DNA of 64,000 nt from positions 64,367 to 128,366 of the forward strand of contig JAZJXT010000006.1 in NCBI GenBank assembly GCA_040390725.1, written 5' to 3'. Origin of the DNA: Patescibacteria group bacterium (GTDB lineage: Bacteria > Patescibacteriota > Minisyncoccia > Phycocordibacterales > UBA9973). The position numbers and the translations under genes were made by a program. Of this stretch, positions 48,540 to 58,853 are shown piece by piece. Below the pieces are notes generated by a model that was not told the DNA's origin, searched no databases, and saw only the letters and a program-made list of their open reading frames with translations. Position 1 is the first letter of the stretch; every line of letters starts with the position of its first letter.

Positions 48540-51500
48540 ATGAAATTATTTAAAAAATTAAATTTAATATCACATATTACAATTCTAATAATATTAGGAT
48601 TTGGCTTAATTTCATTTTCTCAAAATGCTTTAGCATCAGCTACTGTGACTGCAGGATTAGGTGGGTCTACAATATCAGCTGATACTAATATCACAAACGG
48701 CACATCGGCAACTTGGACAAATATTTCTACTACTAATCCTACCATAACAGAAGGTTCTTTCGGTGATATTGGATTAGGCACAATTATTTTAAACGCTCCA
48801 AGCGGTTTTCAATTTAATACAACAAGCTCTGTAACGGCAACCGTAACAACAAATGGTAATTGTAGTTCCGGAACTTCAGTAAAATTAAATAGTTCTTTAT
48901 CTCAGACCGTTACTCCGGCAACAGGTACAATCACAATAAATGTGTCACAAGTTTCAAGTGGTTCTGGAAGTGCTTGTAAAAGTATTATTACTTACACAGG
49001 AATAAAAGTCCGCCCATCAACCGGCACTCCGCTCGCATCCGGCAACATTACTAAAAGTTCTTCTTCAACTTCTACAATATCCGGTGTCACAAACGGCTCG
49101 ACAAATTTTGGAACTCTTACTGAATCTGCCGGAGCAGTTTCCGCAGTTTCTGTTTCTCCTGCAAGCCCGACTGTTGCTTCCGGATCAACTCAACAATTCA
49201 CTGCGACTGCCACTGACACTTATGGAAATACATTATCAGGACAAACTTTTACTTGGTCTATAACTAGTGGCCCAGGCAGTATAAATTCAAGCGGACTTTT
49301 TTCTGCTACAACAGCAGGAACTTCTACGGTAAAAGCTTTGGACGGCGCAACTGTTTTCGGAACTGCTACCATTACAACGACTACTGCTCCTGATTTAACT
49401 GCTGGAGCAACCAGCCCGACGACTAGCACCGCAGGTGCAACACAAACTTTCAGTTCTACAATTTCAAACTCCGGTACAGCTTCTACCGGAGCTGGCTTTA
49501 CAACTCTCTTTCAAAAAGCAAATGACTCTATCGGTACTGGAGCAGTTGATGTCGGAACATATGCAAATACCACAATCACCGCAGGTGGAACACAGACTGC
49601 AACTCTTTCGTATGTTTTACCAAATACTGTAGGCACTATATATATGCGAGCTTGCGCTGACAAAAGCTCAATGGCGGACACTGGAACAATTACAGAATCA
49701 AATTCCGGAGGGACAGGAGAAAGTAATAACTGCGGAGCTTGGACGGCGGTCACTTTAACAGCCGGAACTTTAGATCACTTTGCTTTTTCAAATGTCGGCA
49801 CTCAAGTTGCCGGTACGCCTTTCAATGTTACTATAACAGCACAAGATGTAAACAATAATACAGTGACAAGTTATACAGGCTCTACTGCTAAAGTAAATTT
49901 CACGGTTACTAGTGGAACAATTTCACCGACGCAATCCAGCACGTTTACTTCCGGAGTACTTACCAATCAATCCATTACTTTAACCGGCACAAACTCTGCT
50001 ATGATCATAACTGCGACGGATAACGGAGGTACAGGAAAAACTGGAACTTCAAATTCGTTTACAGTAAATGCTGGAGCAGTTTCTGCCATCACAGTATCTC
50101 CCTCTTCAGCCTCATTCACAGCTGGCTCTTCATCTACTCAACAATTTACAGCAACAGCAAAAGATGCAAATAATAATACAAGATCAGGAGATAGTTTTAC
50201 TTGGTCAATAACTGCTGGTGGAGGAAGTATTACTTCGGGAGGAGTTTACACGTCAGGAAATACTGCAGGGAATTTTACTGTAACAGCTACTGACGGAGCA
50301 GTTTCTGGAACTGCTACTGTGACAATCACAGCCGGCGCAGTCGCAAACGTTACCGTCTCCCCCGCAAGTGCGACTGTTACTGCCGGTTCTACTCAACAAT
50401 TTACCGCGACAGCCAGAGACTCCGGTGGAAATACCGTCTCAGGACAAACTTTTACTTGGTCAGTCAGTGGAGGACTGGGCACAATAAGTTCAACTGGTTT
50501 ATACACAGCCAAAACTGCCGGAACATTTACAGTCACAGCTACAGATAATTCTATTTCCGGAAATGCTTCAGTAACTGTAAATGCTGGAACATTTACTAAA
50601 TTGCAAATACTTCTTCCTGGAGAGACAGCTTCCGCGGGAAGTTCTACGGGAAAAACTGGGACACCTTCTGCTCAAACTGCAGGCGTTTCATTTTCAGTCA
50701 TAGTAAATGGAGTTGATGCAAACTGGAATGTTGTAAGTTCTGCAATAGATACCGTAAGTATTACTTCTACAGATGGTAGTGCAACACTACCGGTAACGTC
50801 TGCATTAATAGGAGGCACAAAAACTTTTTCTGTAACACTAAATACAGTCGGAACAAAAACAATTACCGCGAGTGATACTGTATCCCACAGTGGTATCACT
50901 GCAAACACTTCACCATCAATAACTGTAAATGCCGGAGTAGTCGCTACAGTAACCGTCTCCCCTGCATCAACATCTGTCACACAGGGCTCAATAACAACAA
51001 CTCAATTCACCGCTACATCAAAAGATTCTGCAGGTAATACAATTTCTGGAGACACTATAAATTGGTCAGTGAGTACAAATGGAGGTTCGATTACTTCTGG
51101 AGGACTTTACACACCCAGCACCACTGCAGGCTCGTACACAATTACAGCTACTGACGGATCTGTTTCCGGAACTGCAACTGCGACAATAAATGCAGCACCT
51201 GATTTAACAATCGGCGCAATAAATCCAACTTCAGTAAATGCAGGGTCTGCTCAAACTTACACTGCAACAATCACAAACCTGGGAGGTGGTTCCACTGGAG
51301 CAACATTTACAACTCTCTTCCAAAGCGCAACTGATGCAAATGGAACAGGAGCTGTAGACTTAGGCACTGATGCCGATGCAATTTTATCCGGAGGCGGAAC
51401 ACAAGCAACAACATTTTCATATACAAATAATACTGCAGGAACTTTCTATATGCGTGCTTGCGCTGATAAAAGTTCCGCTGGAAATGCAGGTGTAATTTCA

Positions 51501-54149
51501 GAATGGAATTCCGGAGGAACAGGTGAATTAAATAACTGCGGGGCATGGACTGCTATCACAGTCAATGCTGGAGCATTTAGTAAACTACAATTACTAGTCC
51601 CAGGTGAAACTGCAAATCCTGGTAGTGCAACTGGAAAAACTGGAACCCCAACAACAGAAACTGCCGGCATACCTTTTAACGTGACAGTTAATGCAGTGGA
51701 TGCAAACTGGAATGTTGTCAGTTCAACACATACAATAAAAATAACTTCGAGCGATGGTGCAGCTACTCTGCCTGTAAACTCTGCATTAATTTCCGGAACA
51801 AAAAATTTCACTATTACTTTAAATACTTACACCAGTAAAACTTGGACAATCACTGCGACAGACGTGACTGATGGCACAAAAACTGCAAACACTTCCCCAG
51901 GCATAAGTATAAACCGCGGACTTGATCACTTTTCTTTCGCAACTATCGCAGACCAAACGACCGGCGTATCTTTCCCGATTACAATCACAGCAAAAGATTC
52001 TCAAAATAATACTGTCACTGGATTTGCCGGCAGTGTAAATTTAACCACCAATGATACTTCTATCACTCCGACTGTGTCTGGAATATTTTCAAGTGGAGTA
52101 GCTACTGTTTCTGCGGTGACATTAACAGGCACAGGAGCTTCAAAAACAATCACTGCCACAGATGCAGCCGGAACAGGCATAGTGGGAACTTCAAATACTT
52201 TCAGAGTTTACTATCCTGTCACTTCCACATCCCCTCTTTCACCGACGACAACAGGTAATTTAAATAGTTGGTATCTTTCCGGTTCAGCTCCGACAAAACA
52301 ATCCGCACTAGCAGACATTGACGATACGACTTTTATTTCTTTCGGACCGGACGCGCAAACTTTCACAATGACAAATAGCACAATACCACCAGGAGCAAAT
52401 ATCCTCGGTGTAACACTAAATGTCACCGCAGCAAAACCAACAGGAGGCGCGACTACAAGCATGCAAATGATCGCAGAAAATGGCACAGGCGCAAATCAAC
52501 AAATCATAGACGGCACAGTGCGAACACTTACAAAGACTTTCACCAATTACAGCTGGAACATACCGACGATGCCGGATGGATCACCTTGGACATTAGCGGA
52601 AGTAAATAATTGGACGACAAAATTCGGAATCCTAAAATCAAATTTCACCGGCACAGCAGAGGTCAGCAAAGTCTGGGTATCAGTCGCCTACTCTACTACT
52701 TCATCCACGCCGAGCTGTAAATTGGGAGTGGATCTTTCTGGAGATGGAGGATTGACTTGGGGAAATGAACAAACAACCGCGTCCCTTTCCACCACTAATC
52801 AGACTTATGTCTTAGGTGGAAGTGGAGATACTTGGGGCAATGGTTCTGGATGGAATGCCACAAACCTTGCAAATGGAAAATTTATAGCCAGAGTCCACGC
52901 GGTAAATTATGGAAATAGTTGTTCGAGCACTGATGTTGATTACTTAGATTGGATTCGACTAAAAGCAACTTTCAAAGTAGACATAGCGAGACAGCTAGCT
53001 TTACAGGCAGCCGATGCGGCAAAAAAAGCCACGACTACTCCGATAGATATATTTAGTATTTATTTTGATTCCAGTAAATTCGCAAATGGAAATGGACTGA
53101 CAAATGCAAATCTTTTAGCGTCTATCGCTTCCGGAAGTACTCCAAACGTTCCTTACCAAAATGGTTCAGCAAATAATATTGCAGGAGTAATATCCGACTC
53201 AGACATTGCTGTGCCCCTTGTCTCTGCTGTGTCTCCTAGTGAATGGACAAATCCGGACAATGCTCTCACCAGTGCCTCATATGCCACTAGTAGTACGGGT
53301 CAACAACAAGGTTATACAGGCTTTGGTTTTAATGTTCCGCCCGTAGCGACTATTACAGGAATAGAAGCAGATATGTCAGCATTCAATACAAATGGTGGTG
53401 ACATTAAAGCAGAAATTTCAACAGACGGGGGAACAACTTATACTAATACTTCTGCCTTGCCAGGATACGCAACTGCGACTCTGACCGGTACGGCAAAAAG
53501 TGTATCAATAGGAGGAACAGGAAAACTTTGGGGAAGAAATAATTGGATCTCAAGTGATTTCAATACAGGCAACGTAGTTCTTAAACTTATAAATGATGCA
53601 TCAGGTGGAACAATTTCAGTCAATCAAATAAAAATAAAAGTTTATTATACCGTTGACTCAGCAAATGCTGATGGTGACAATTTCTTCATTGCTCCAAATT
53701 CGAGTAACATTACAGATATTTTCAATTTCATAGGAGAACAAGTTTGCCCTGCCCTGCTTTACACAGCTCAAGCTCCCCCTCCAACCACTGCTACAATTAC
53801 TACAATAGTTCGCACTATTAATTCAAATTCCGGCACTAAACAATCCAGTAATTTTTCTGTAAATGTAAATCCAACTTCACAATCAACGACTACTTTCTCA
53901 GGGTCTGATACCCCGGGCACAAGTACTGTTATAAATCCAGACACTTATACTGTCTCAGAAAGCCCAATGACTGGGTACACCGAAAGCTTTGGCGCAGGTT
54001 GCATAGCTGATGGCACTACAGATTACCCTACCCTAATCGCCGGAGAAACTCGTGTATGTATTATTACCAATAACGACATTCCTGCCCCACCCCCTCCTCC
54101 AAACCTCAACATCATCCCATCTACCTGGCAGGAAATACCGACCCAATAG
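48540..54149 (+). CDS. giant secreted Thr/Ser/Gly-rich adhesin with Big2/CARDB-like repeats and C-terminal half of a vWA domain
   Basis: Signal peptide; repeated VSPAS..V..G.TQQFTATA.D; two APDL...YMRACAD...NNC modules; ends WQEIPTQ. Confidence 0.82.
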   Translation: MKLFKKLNLISHITILIILGFGLISFSQNALASATVTAGLGGSTISADTNITNGTSATWTNISTTNPTITEGSFGDIGLGTIILNAPSGFQFNTTSSVTATVTTNGNCSSGTSVKLNSSLSQTVTPATGTITINVSQVSSGSGSACKSIITYTGIKVRPSTGTPLASGNITKSSSSTSTISGVTNGSTNFGTLTESAGAVSAVSVSPASPTVASGSTQQFTATATDTYGNTLSGQTFTWSITSGPGSINSSGLFSATTAGTSTVKALDGATVFGTATITTTTAPDLTAGATSPTTSTAGATQTFSSTISNSGTASTGAGFTTLFQKANDSIGTGAVDVGTYANTTITAGGTQTATLSYVLPNTVGTIYMRACADKSSMADTGTITESNSGGTGESNNCGAWTAVTLTAGTLDHFAFSNVGTQVAGTPFNVTITAQDVNNNTVTSYTGSTAKVNFTVTSGTISPTQSSTFTSGVLTNQSITLTGTNSAMIITATDNGGTGKTGTSNSFTVNAGAVSAITVSPSSASFTAGSSSTQQFTATAKDANNNTRSGDSFTWSITAGGGSITSGGVYTSGNTAGNFTVTATDGAVSGTATVTITAGAVANVTVSPASATVTAGSTQQFTATARDSGGNTVSGQTFTWSVSGGLGTISSTGLYTAKTAGTFTVTATDNSISGNASVTVNAGTFTKLQILLPGETASAGSSTGKTGTPSAQTAGVSFSVIVNGVDANWNVVSSAIDTVSITSTDGSATLPVTSALIGGTKTFSVTLNTVGTKTITASDTVSHSGITANTSPSITVNAGVVATVTVSPASTSVTQGSITTTQFTATSKDSAGNTISGDTINWSVSTNGGSITSGGLYTPSTTAGSYTITATDGSVSGTATATINAAPDLTIGAINPTSVNAGSAQTYTATITNLGGGSTGATFTTLFQSATDANGTGAVDLGTDADAILSGGGTQATTFSYTNNTAGTFYMRACADKSSAGNAGVISEWNSGGTGELNNCGAWTAITVNAGAFSKLQLLVPGETANPGSATGKTGTPTTETAGIPFNVTVNAVDANWNVVSSTHTIKITSSDGAATLPVNSALISGTKNFTITLNTYTSKTWTITATDVTDGTKTANTSPGISINRGLDHFSFATIADQTTGVSFPITITAKDSQNNTVTGFAGSVNLTTNDTSITPTVSGIFSSGVATVSAVTLTGTGASKTITATDAAGTGIVGTSNTFRVYYPVTSTSPLSPTTTGNLNSWYLSGSAPTKQSALADIDDTTFISFGPDAQTFTMTNSTIPPGANILGVTLNVTAAKPTGGATTSMQMIAENGTGANQQIIDGTVRTLTKTFTNYSWNIPTMPDGSPWTLAEVNNWTTKFGILKSNFTGTAEVSKVWVSVAYSTTSSTPSCKLGVDLSGDGGLTWGNEQTTASLSTTNQTYVLGGSGDTWGNGSGWNATNLANGKFIARVHAVNYGNSCSSTDVDYLDWIRLKATFKVDIARQLALQAADAAKKATTTPIDIFSIYFDSSKFANGNGLTNANLLASIASGSTPNVPYQNGSANNIAGVISDSDIAVPLVSAVSPSEWTNPDNALTSASYATSSTGQQQGYTGFGFNVPPVATITGIEADMSAFNTNGGDIKAEISTDGGTTYTNTSALPGYATATLTGTAKSVSIGGTGKLWGRNNWISSDFNTGNVVLKLINDASGGTISVNQIKIKVYYTVDSANADGDNFFIAPNSSNITDIFNFIGEQVCPALLYTAQAPPPTTATITTIVRTINSNSGTKQSSNFSVNVNPTSQSTTTFSGSDTPGTSTVINPDTYTVSESPMTGYTESFGAGCIADGTTDYPTLIAGETRVCIITNNDIPAPPPPPNLNIIPSTWQEIPTQ

Positions 54150-54229
54150 ACAAAAGTAAATAAAGAGTAATCCACAGCTTGCACTTATAAACTTGCATTA
54201 TAATTTACTTTGCGAGATAATATATAGAT

Positions 54230-54763
54230 ATGAAAAAAAGTAGAATCAATAGCACTCAAGGATTTACATTAATTGAAATCTTGATCGTCATCGGCATCAT
54301 CGCTGTTTTAGCATCGATAGTTATCGTAGCTATTAACCCTGCAAAACAATTTGCTCAAGCACGCAACACTCAAAGACAATCAAACGTCGAAACTATTTTA
54401 AATGCCATCGGTCAACGCATCGCCGACAACAAAGGAACATTTGATGGAGATTTTACTGTAGGCGCTACTCCCTATCACTGTCCGGTTCTTAGTTCTGGAA
54501 ATACTTACAATATCACTACTACAAACACCTCCACTGTTGTAGCAGAAAGTTTTAGTCCTACTGTTGTTTTAGGTACGGTAGGGTTAGGGTGTCTGACTCC
54601 TACATATGTTTCTACTTTCCCTGAAGATCCAGTAACTGCTTCTGGCATCAATACCGGCTATACCCTCGGAGTAGACAGCATCAATCGCATAACTATCTGC
54701 GCCCCTGCAGCCGCAAATGAAAATTCCGTCCCAAGCCCAGCAGCTATTTGTCTAACTAGATAA
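54230..54763 (+). CDS. type IV pilin / GspG-like major pseudopilin
   Basis: GFTLIEILIVIGIIAVLASIVIVAINP...ARN..R. Confidence 0.92.
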   Translation: MKKSRINSTQGFTLIEILIVIGIIAVLASIVIVAINPAKQFAQARNTQRQSNVETILNAIGQRIADNKGTFDGDFTVGATPYHCPVLSSGNTYNITTTNTSTVVAESFSPTVVLGTVGLGCLTPTYVSTFPEDPVTASGINTGYTLGVDSINRITICAPAAANENSVPSPAAICLTR

Positions 54764-54810
54764 GATTGAAAAATTCTTAGAAATAATATATACTTCGCAA
54801 GTAGTTTTTT

Positions 54811-54855
54811 ATGCGCGGTTTCAGCCCAAGGCTGATCCGCCTAGGGCGGAAGCTC
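54811..54855 (+). repeat. duplicated tRNA-Val 5' fragment interrupted by 30-bp REP-like element
   Basis: ATGCGCGGTT[TCAGCCCAAGGCTGATCCGCCTAGGGCGGA]AGCTC versus intact ATGCGCGGTTAGCTC at 54869. Confidence 0.75.
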
Positions 54856-54870
54856 TTTTGTATATATAAT

Positions 54871-54946
54871 GCGCGGTTAGCTCAGTTGGTAGAGCAACCC
54901 GTTTACACCGGGAAGGTCGCAGGTTCGAGTCCTGCACCGCGCACCA
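54871..54946 (+). tRNA. tRNA-Val(TAC)
   Basis: Cloverleaf, TT TAC AC loop, GGTTCGAGTCC, encoded CCA. Confidence 0.95.
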
Positions 54947-54957
54947 GCCAATAAAAT

Positions 54958-55029
54958 GCCCCTGTAGTTAAATGGATATAACTACGGACTTCTAAGCCGT
55001 TATTCGAGGTTCGATTCCTCGCGGGGGCA
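54958..55029 (+). tRNA. tRNA-Arg(TCT)
   Basis: GCCCCTG...CT TCT AA...GGTTCGATTCC...CGGGGGCA. Confidence 0.92.
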
Positions 55030-55083
55030 CAAAACAATTCTTGTTGGCAACATGTTGGTAACTTTTTAGCTAAATTTTTACTC

Positions 55084-56244
55084 TTAATGACTATGATGAA
55101 AGTGACTCAAAGCATTTTCTTCCTTTTTTAATTCTTCTTTAGATAAATTTAATTTCTCTTTTTTGATAAGCATATAAACTGACAAAAGAGTAACAATAGG
55201 CACAGCCAAGACTAAGCCAATACTGCCTATCAAAGCTCGAATTATTTCCGTAGAAAATATTTCTCTATTTACAATCATCGATATATTTACCGGCGGAGTT
55301 GAAAAAAGTAAAAGTAAAGGCAATGATGCGCCAACATAAGCGATAGCCAAGGTATTTACCAAGGCGCCTATGTGCTCTCTGCCCATTCGCATCGCTCTTT
55401 TAAAAATTGTTATTCTTGGAATATGCGGAGCTATTTTATGAAGTTCTTCCACAGAAATAGCTTGCCCTATCGCCACATCATATAAAATACCTAAAAGACC
55501 AATCATAATCCCACCAATTAGTATGCCCACCAAATCAATACTTCCGCGAGAATTTAAATTTAAGTAAACAGCTTCTTCGCTAGCATAACCACTAAATTCC
55601 GAAACATGCACGGCGACATAAGCCATAATTCCAGTCACAATAACTGTGCCTATCATTCCAATAACGGCGGCAGAAGTAGTTTTATTAAATCCGTGAGTGA
55701 CATAAGAACCTAAAACAATAATTAATGAAGACACGCCTATGCTTACTAAAATCGGAGAATAGCCGTGCAAAATACTCGGCAAGAGAACATACATAATCAA
55801 CACAAAACTTCCCGCTAAACTAATAAGTCCGCGAACTCCTTGCACTCCTCCGACCAGTAAAACTAGTACGATAAATAATGCGACAAAAAAATAAATTACT
55901 GGCAATCTGTCCACATCTTCAACACTAAAAAAATCTTGTCCCGTATCGGCTGAAACAGTGTAATTGAGAAAAAACACATCACCTGTTTTGAGTTGAATAA
56001 AATCATTTTTAAAGGTAACCTCTTCTCCCTTTTTATCTCCCTCTAAAATAACAGCATCTACTGTTTGAGTTTTAGTCTTTACATCATAAATAGGAATATT
56101 ACTGACATCACTACCCTTTATATCTACAACCTTAGCTTTAATAATAGAAATTTGGTCAGGAACAATTTCCGCCGCGCGCGAAAAAGCTGGAACAAAAATA
56201 CCAAAAACAAGCACAATAACAAAAAAATATTTTACAAAACGCAT
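55084..56244 (-). CDS. YibE/F family membrane protein
   Basis: G.L.DV...Q, G.EHIG...NTL..AY.G..LP; His-rich C-terminus. Confidence 0.88.
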   Translation of the reverse strand: MRFVKYFFVIVLVFGIFVPAFSRAAEIVPDQISIIKAKVVDIKGSDVSNIPIYDVKTKTQTVDAVILEGDKKGEEVTFKNDFIQLKTGDVFFLNYTVSADTGQDFFSVEDVDRLPVIYFFVALFIVLVLLVGGVQGVRGLISLAGSFVLIMYVLLPSILHGYSPILVSIGVSSLIIVLGSYVTHGFNKTTSAAVIGMIGTVIVTGIMAYVAVHVSEFSGYASEEAVYLNLNSRGSIDLVGILIGGIMIGLLGILYDVAIGQAISVEELHKIAPHIPRITIFKRAMRMGREHIGALVNTLAIAYVGASLPLLLLFSTPPVNISMIVNREIFSTEIIRALIGSIGLVLAVPIVTLLSVYMLIKKEKLNLSKEELKKEENALSHFHHSH

Positions 56245-56288
56245 TACTTAATCTTACCATAGATTTAAAAGTTATTCACATTTCTAGT

Positions 56289-56303
56289 TGCAAATGATTT
56301 GCA
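56289..56303. promoter_or_regulatory. Zur/Fur box (7-1-7)
   Basis: TGCAAAT-G-ATTTGCA between divergent yibE/F and znuA. Confidence 0.75.
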
Positions 56304-56322
56304 TTTAGTATAAAGTGAATTT

Positions 56323-57252
56323 ATGAATAAAAAAATAATAATTGGTTTTGTGTTGGGAATAATATTTATCGGAATTTTAACTTTAGTTATTAAAAATAAG
56401 CATTCTGCCCTCTCTGTTTCTTCAGATAAAATTCAAGTCAGTACAAGCTTTTATCCGCTTTACTTTTTCACCAGTGAAATAGGCGCAGATAAAGCTAATG
56501 TCTCAAACATCACCCCTGCCGGCGGAGAACCGCATGATTACGAGCCGACTCCGAATGACATTGCCTCTATTGAAAACAGCAATCTTTTGATATTAAACGG
56601 CGGAGGATTGGAAGCTTGGGGAGGAGATGTAAAGAAAAATTTAGAAACTGGAAATAACAAAACCGTCATCGTTACAGCCGGAGAAAACCTGACAAATCAA
56701 ACAGTTCTAGAAGACGGAAAGACAATTACCGACCCGCATGTCTGGCTCGCCCCTACCCTCGCTAGCATTATGGTAGATAAAATTTTAGCAGGATTCATAC
56801 AAGCCGACGCAGTAAATAAAAATTATTACGAAACAAATGCGGAAAAATTAAAAATGGAACTTTCTGCTCTTGATACGGAATACAAAAATGGCTTGGTAAA
56901 TTGTATTTCAAAAAATATAGTTACTTCACACTCAGCTTTTGGTTATCTTTCAACTGTTTACAATCTTCATCAAGTGCCAATTTCAGGACTTTCCCCTGAT
57001 TCTGAACCCTCCCCAAAGCAAATTGCAGATGTCGCAGACTTTGCAAAAAAGAACAATGTAAAGTATATTTTCTTTGAGAGTCTCGTCAGCCCGAAACTTT
57101 CTGAAACAGTCGCGCGTGAAATCGGAGCGCAAACCTTAGTGCTCGACCCCATTGAAGGCATCTCCCCTGAAAACATAAGTAAGGGAGAAAATTATTTCAC
57201 AGTTATGCGAGAGAATTTAAAAAATTTAGAAATAGCATTGGAATGTAAATAG
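56323..57252 (+). CDS. znuA: zinc ABC transporter substrate-binding protein
   Basis: EPHDYEP, DPHVWL, SHSAFGY, FFE. Confidence 0.9.
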   Translation: MNKKIIIGFVLGIIFIGILTLVIKNKHSALSVSSDKIQVSTSFYPLYFFTSEIGADKANVSNITPAGGEPHDYEPTPNDIASIENSNLLILNGGGLEAWGGDVKKNLETGNNKTVIVTAGENLTNQTVLEDGKTITDPHVWLAPTLASIMVDKILAGFIQADAVNKNYYETNAEKLKMELSALDTEYKNGLVNCISKNIVTSHSAFGYLSTVYNLHQVPISGLSPDSEPSPKQIADVADFAKKNNVKYIFFESLVSPKLSETVAREIGAQTLVLDPIEGISPENISKGENYFTVMRENLKNLEIALECK

Positions 57253-57261
57253 TTAAAATAA

Positions 57262-58047
57262 ATGCAAGTAAATCACGAAAAAAACATAATCGAAGTAAAA
57301 AATATTTCTTTCTCGTATGGAAAAGAAAAGGTTCTTGAGAATATCAGCTTCGATGTTCACCAAGGCGATTATCTCGGTGTTATCGGTCCAAATGGAGCGG
57401 GAAAAACTACTTTGTTAAAAATAATGCTCGGGCTATTAAAACCGGAAAACGGAGAAATAAATATTTTCGGTGTTCCCCTTTCAGAATTTAAAGACTGGCA
57501 TAAAATAGGTTACGTACCCCAAAAAGCTACAAGCTTCGATGTGAATTTCCCTGTGACTGTTTACGATGTAGCGATGATGGGACGATACGGTCGTTGTTTT
57601 TGCTGTAGAATAAATGCAAATGATAAAAAAATAGTCCGAGAGAAACTGGAACAAGTCGGAATGTGGGAACACCGCGATAAACTTATTGGTGACCTTTCCG
57701 GCGGACAACAACAAAGAGTATTTATCGCGCGCGCATTATCCACAGAACCTGAAATAATTTTCCTCGATGAACCTACAACTGGAGTCGACCAAAAAATGCA
57801 AGAAGAATTTTATACACTCCTACGCGAGCTCAACCGCGATAATGGACTCACTCTTGTTTTAATTTCCCACGATATAAAAACTGTCACCGAAGAGGCAATG
57901 CACATAGCCTGCATCGACCGCACATTAGTGTGCCATATGAGCCCGCAAGAGTATTTAAAAGAAAGCTTAAAAGATATTCAGCCGAAAGATATTTTTGGAC
58001 AGAAAGTAAAAATAATTACTCCTCACAAGCATAATCACGATCATTAA
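57262..58047 (+). CDS. znuC: metal ABC transporter ATPase
   Basis: GPNGAGKTT, LSGGQQQR, LDEP, His tail. Confidence 0.9.
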   Translation: MQVNHEKNIIEVKNISFSYGKEKVLENISFDVHQGDYLGVIGPNGAGKTTLLKIMLGLLKPENGEINIFGVPLSEFKDWHKIGYVPQKATSFDVNFPVTVYDVAMMGRYGRCFCCRINANDKKIVREKLEQVGMWEHRDKLIGDLSGGQQQRVFIARALSTEPEIIFLDEPTTGVDQKMQEEFYTLLRELNRDNGLTLVLISHDIKTVTEEAMHIACIDRTLVCHMSPQEYLKESLKDIQPKDIFGQKVKIITPHKHNHDH

Positions 58048-58051
58048 ATTT

Positions 58052-58846
58052 ATGTCATTATTTCATTACACATTCATAATACACGGACTCGAGGCAGGAA
58101 TAATTGTCGCTATCATAGCACCATTGATAGGTATATTCTTAGTATTAAAAAGATATTCTTTGATTGCGGACACTCTATCTCATGTATCACTCGCGGGCAT
58201 AGCCATCGGGCTTTTAACAGGGATATCTCCAATAATAACTAGCCTAGGCGCGACAATCCTCGCATCGTTTGGAGTGGAAAAATTACGAAATTCCAAAAAA
58301 GTATATGGAGAATCTGCTTTGTCTCTTTTTCTTTCAGGCAGTTTGGCGCTTGCAATTGTTTTACTTTCCCTAGCTCACGGATTTAATACAAATTTATTTA
58401 ATTACCTTTTCGGCAGTATTGTCACAGTAACAACACAAGATGTATATGCTATTTTTGGATTAGCTCTCGTCGTCATAATCACCTTATCTTTATTTTACAA
58501 AGAATTGCTTTATGTCACTTTCGATGAAGACTCGGCGCAAGTTTCCGGCATCAACACTCGCCGAATGAATATCTTACTAATTATACTCTCTGCTCTTGTC
58601 GTGTCCCTGGCTATTCCCATAGTCGGAGTGCTGCTTATCAGCGCTTTGATAGTGGTGCCGGCAGTTTCCGCTCTACAATTCCGAACAAATTTTTTACAGA
58701 CTATTTTATACGCGGAAATAATTTCTATACTTTCGGTAATTGCCGGAATTATACTTTCATTTTATTTAAACATATCCGCCGGGGGTGCTATCGTGCTTTT
58801 AATGCTTGCAGTATTTTTTACAATTTACATTTTGAAAAATAAATAA
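58052..58846 (+). CDS. znuB: metal ABC transporter permease
   Basis: DTLSH..L.G, YLFGSI, FDE..A...G. Confidence 0.9.
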   Translation: MSLFHYTFIIHGLEAGIIVAIIAPLIGIFLVLKRYSLIADTLSHVSLAGIAIGLLTGISPIITSLGATILASFGVEKLRNSKKVYGESALSLFLSGSLALAIVLLSLAHGFNTNLFNYLFGSIVTVTTQDVYAIFGLALVVIITLSLFYKELLYVTFDEDSAQVSGINTRRMNILLIILSALVVSLAIPIVGVLLISALIVVPAVSALQFRTNFLQTILYAEIISILSVIAGIILSFYLNISAGGAIVLLMLAVFFTIYILKNK

Positions 58847-58853
58847 TAAAAAT

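Noticed and set aside
48540-54149. Internal nucleotide repeats as DGR template/variable repeats
   Set aside because: The repeats correspond to duplicated Ig-like modules in frame, differences are not adenine-specific, and there is no reverse transcriptase in the window.
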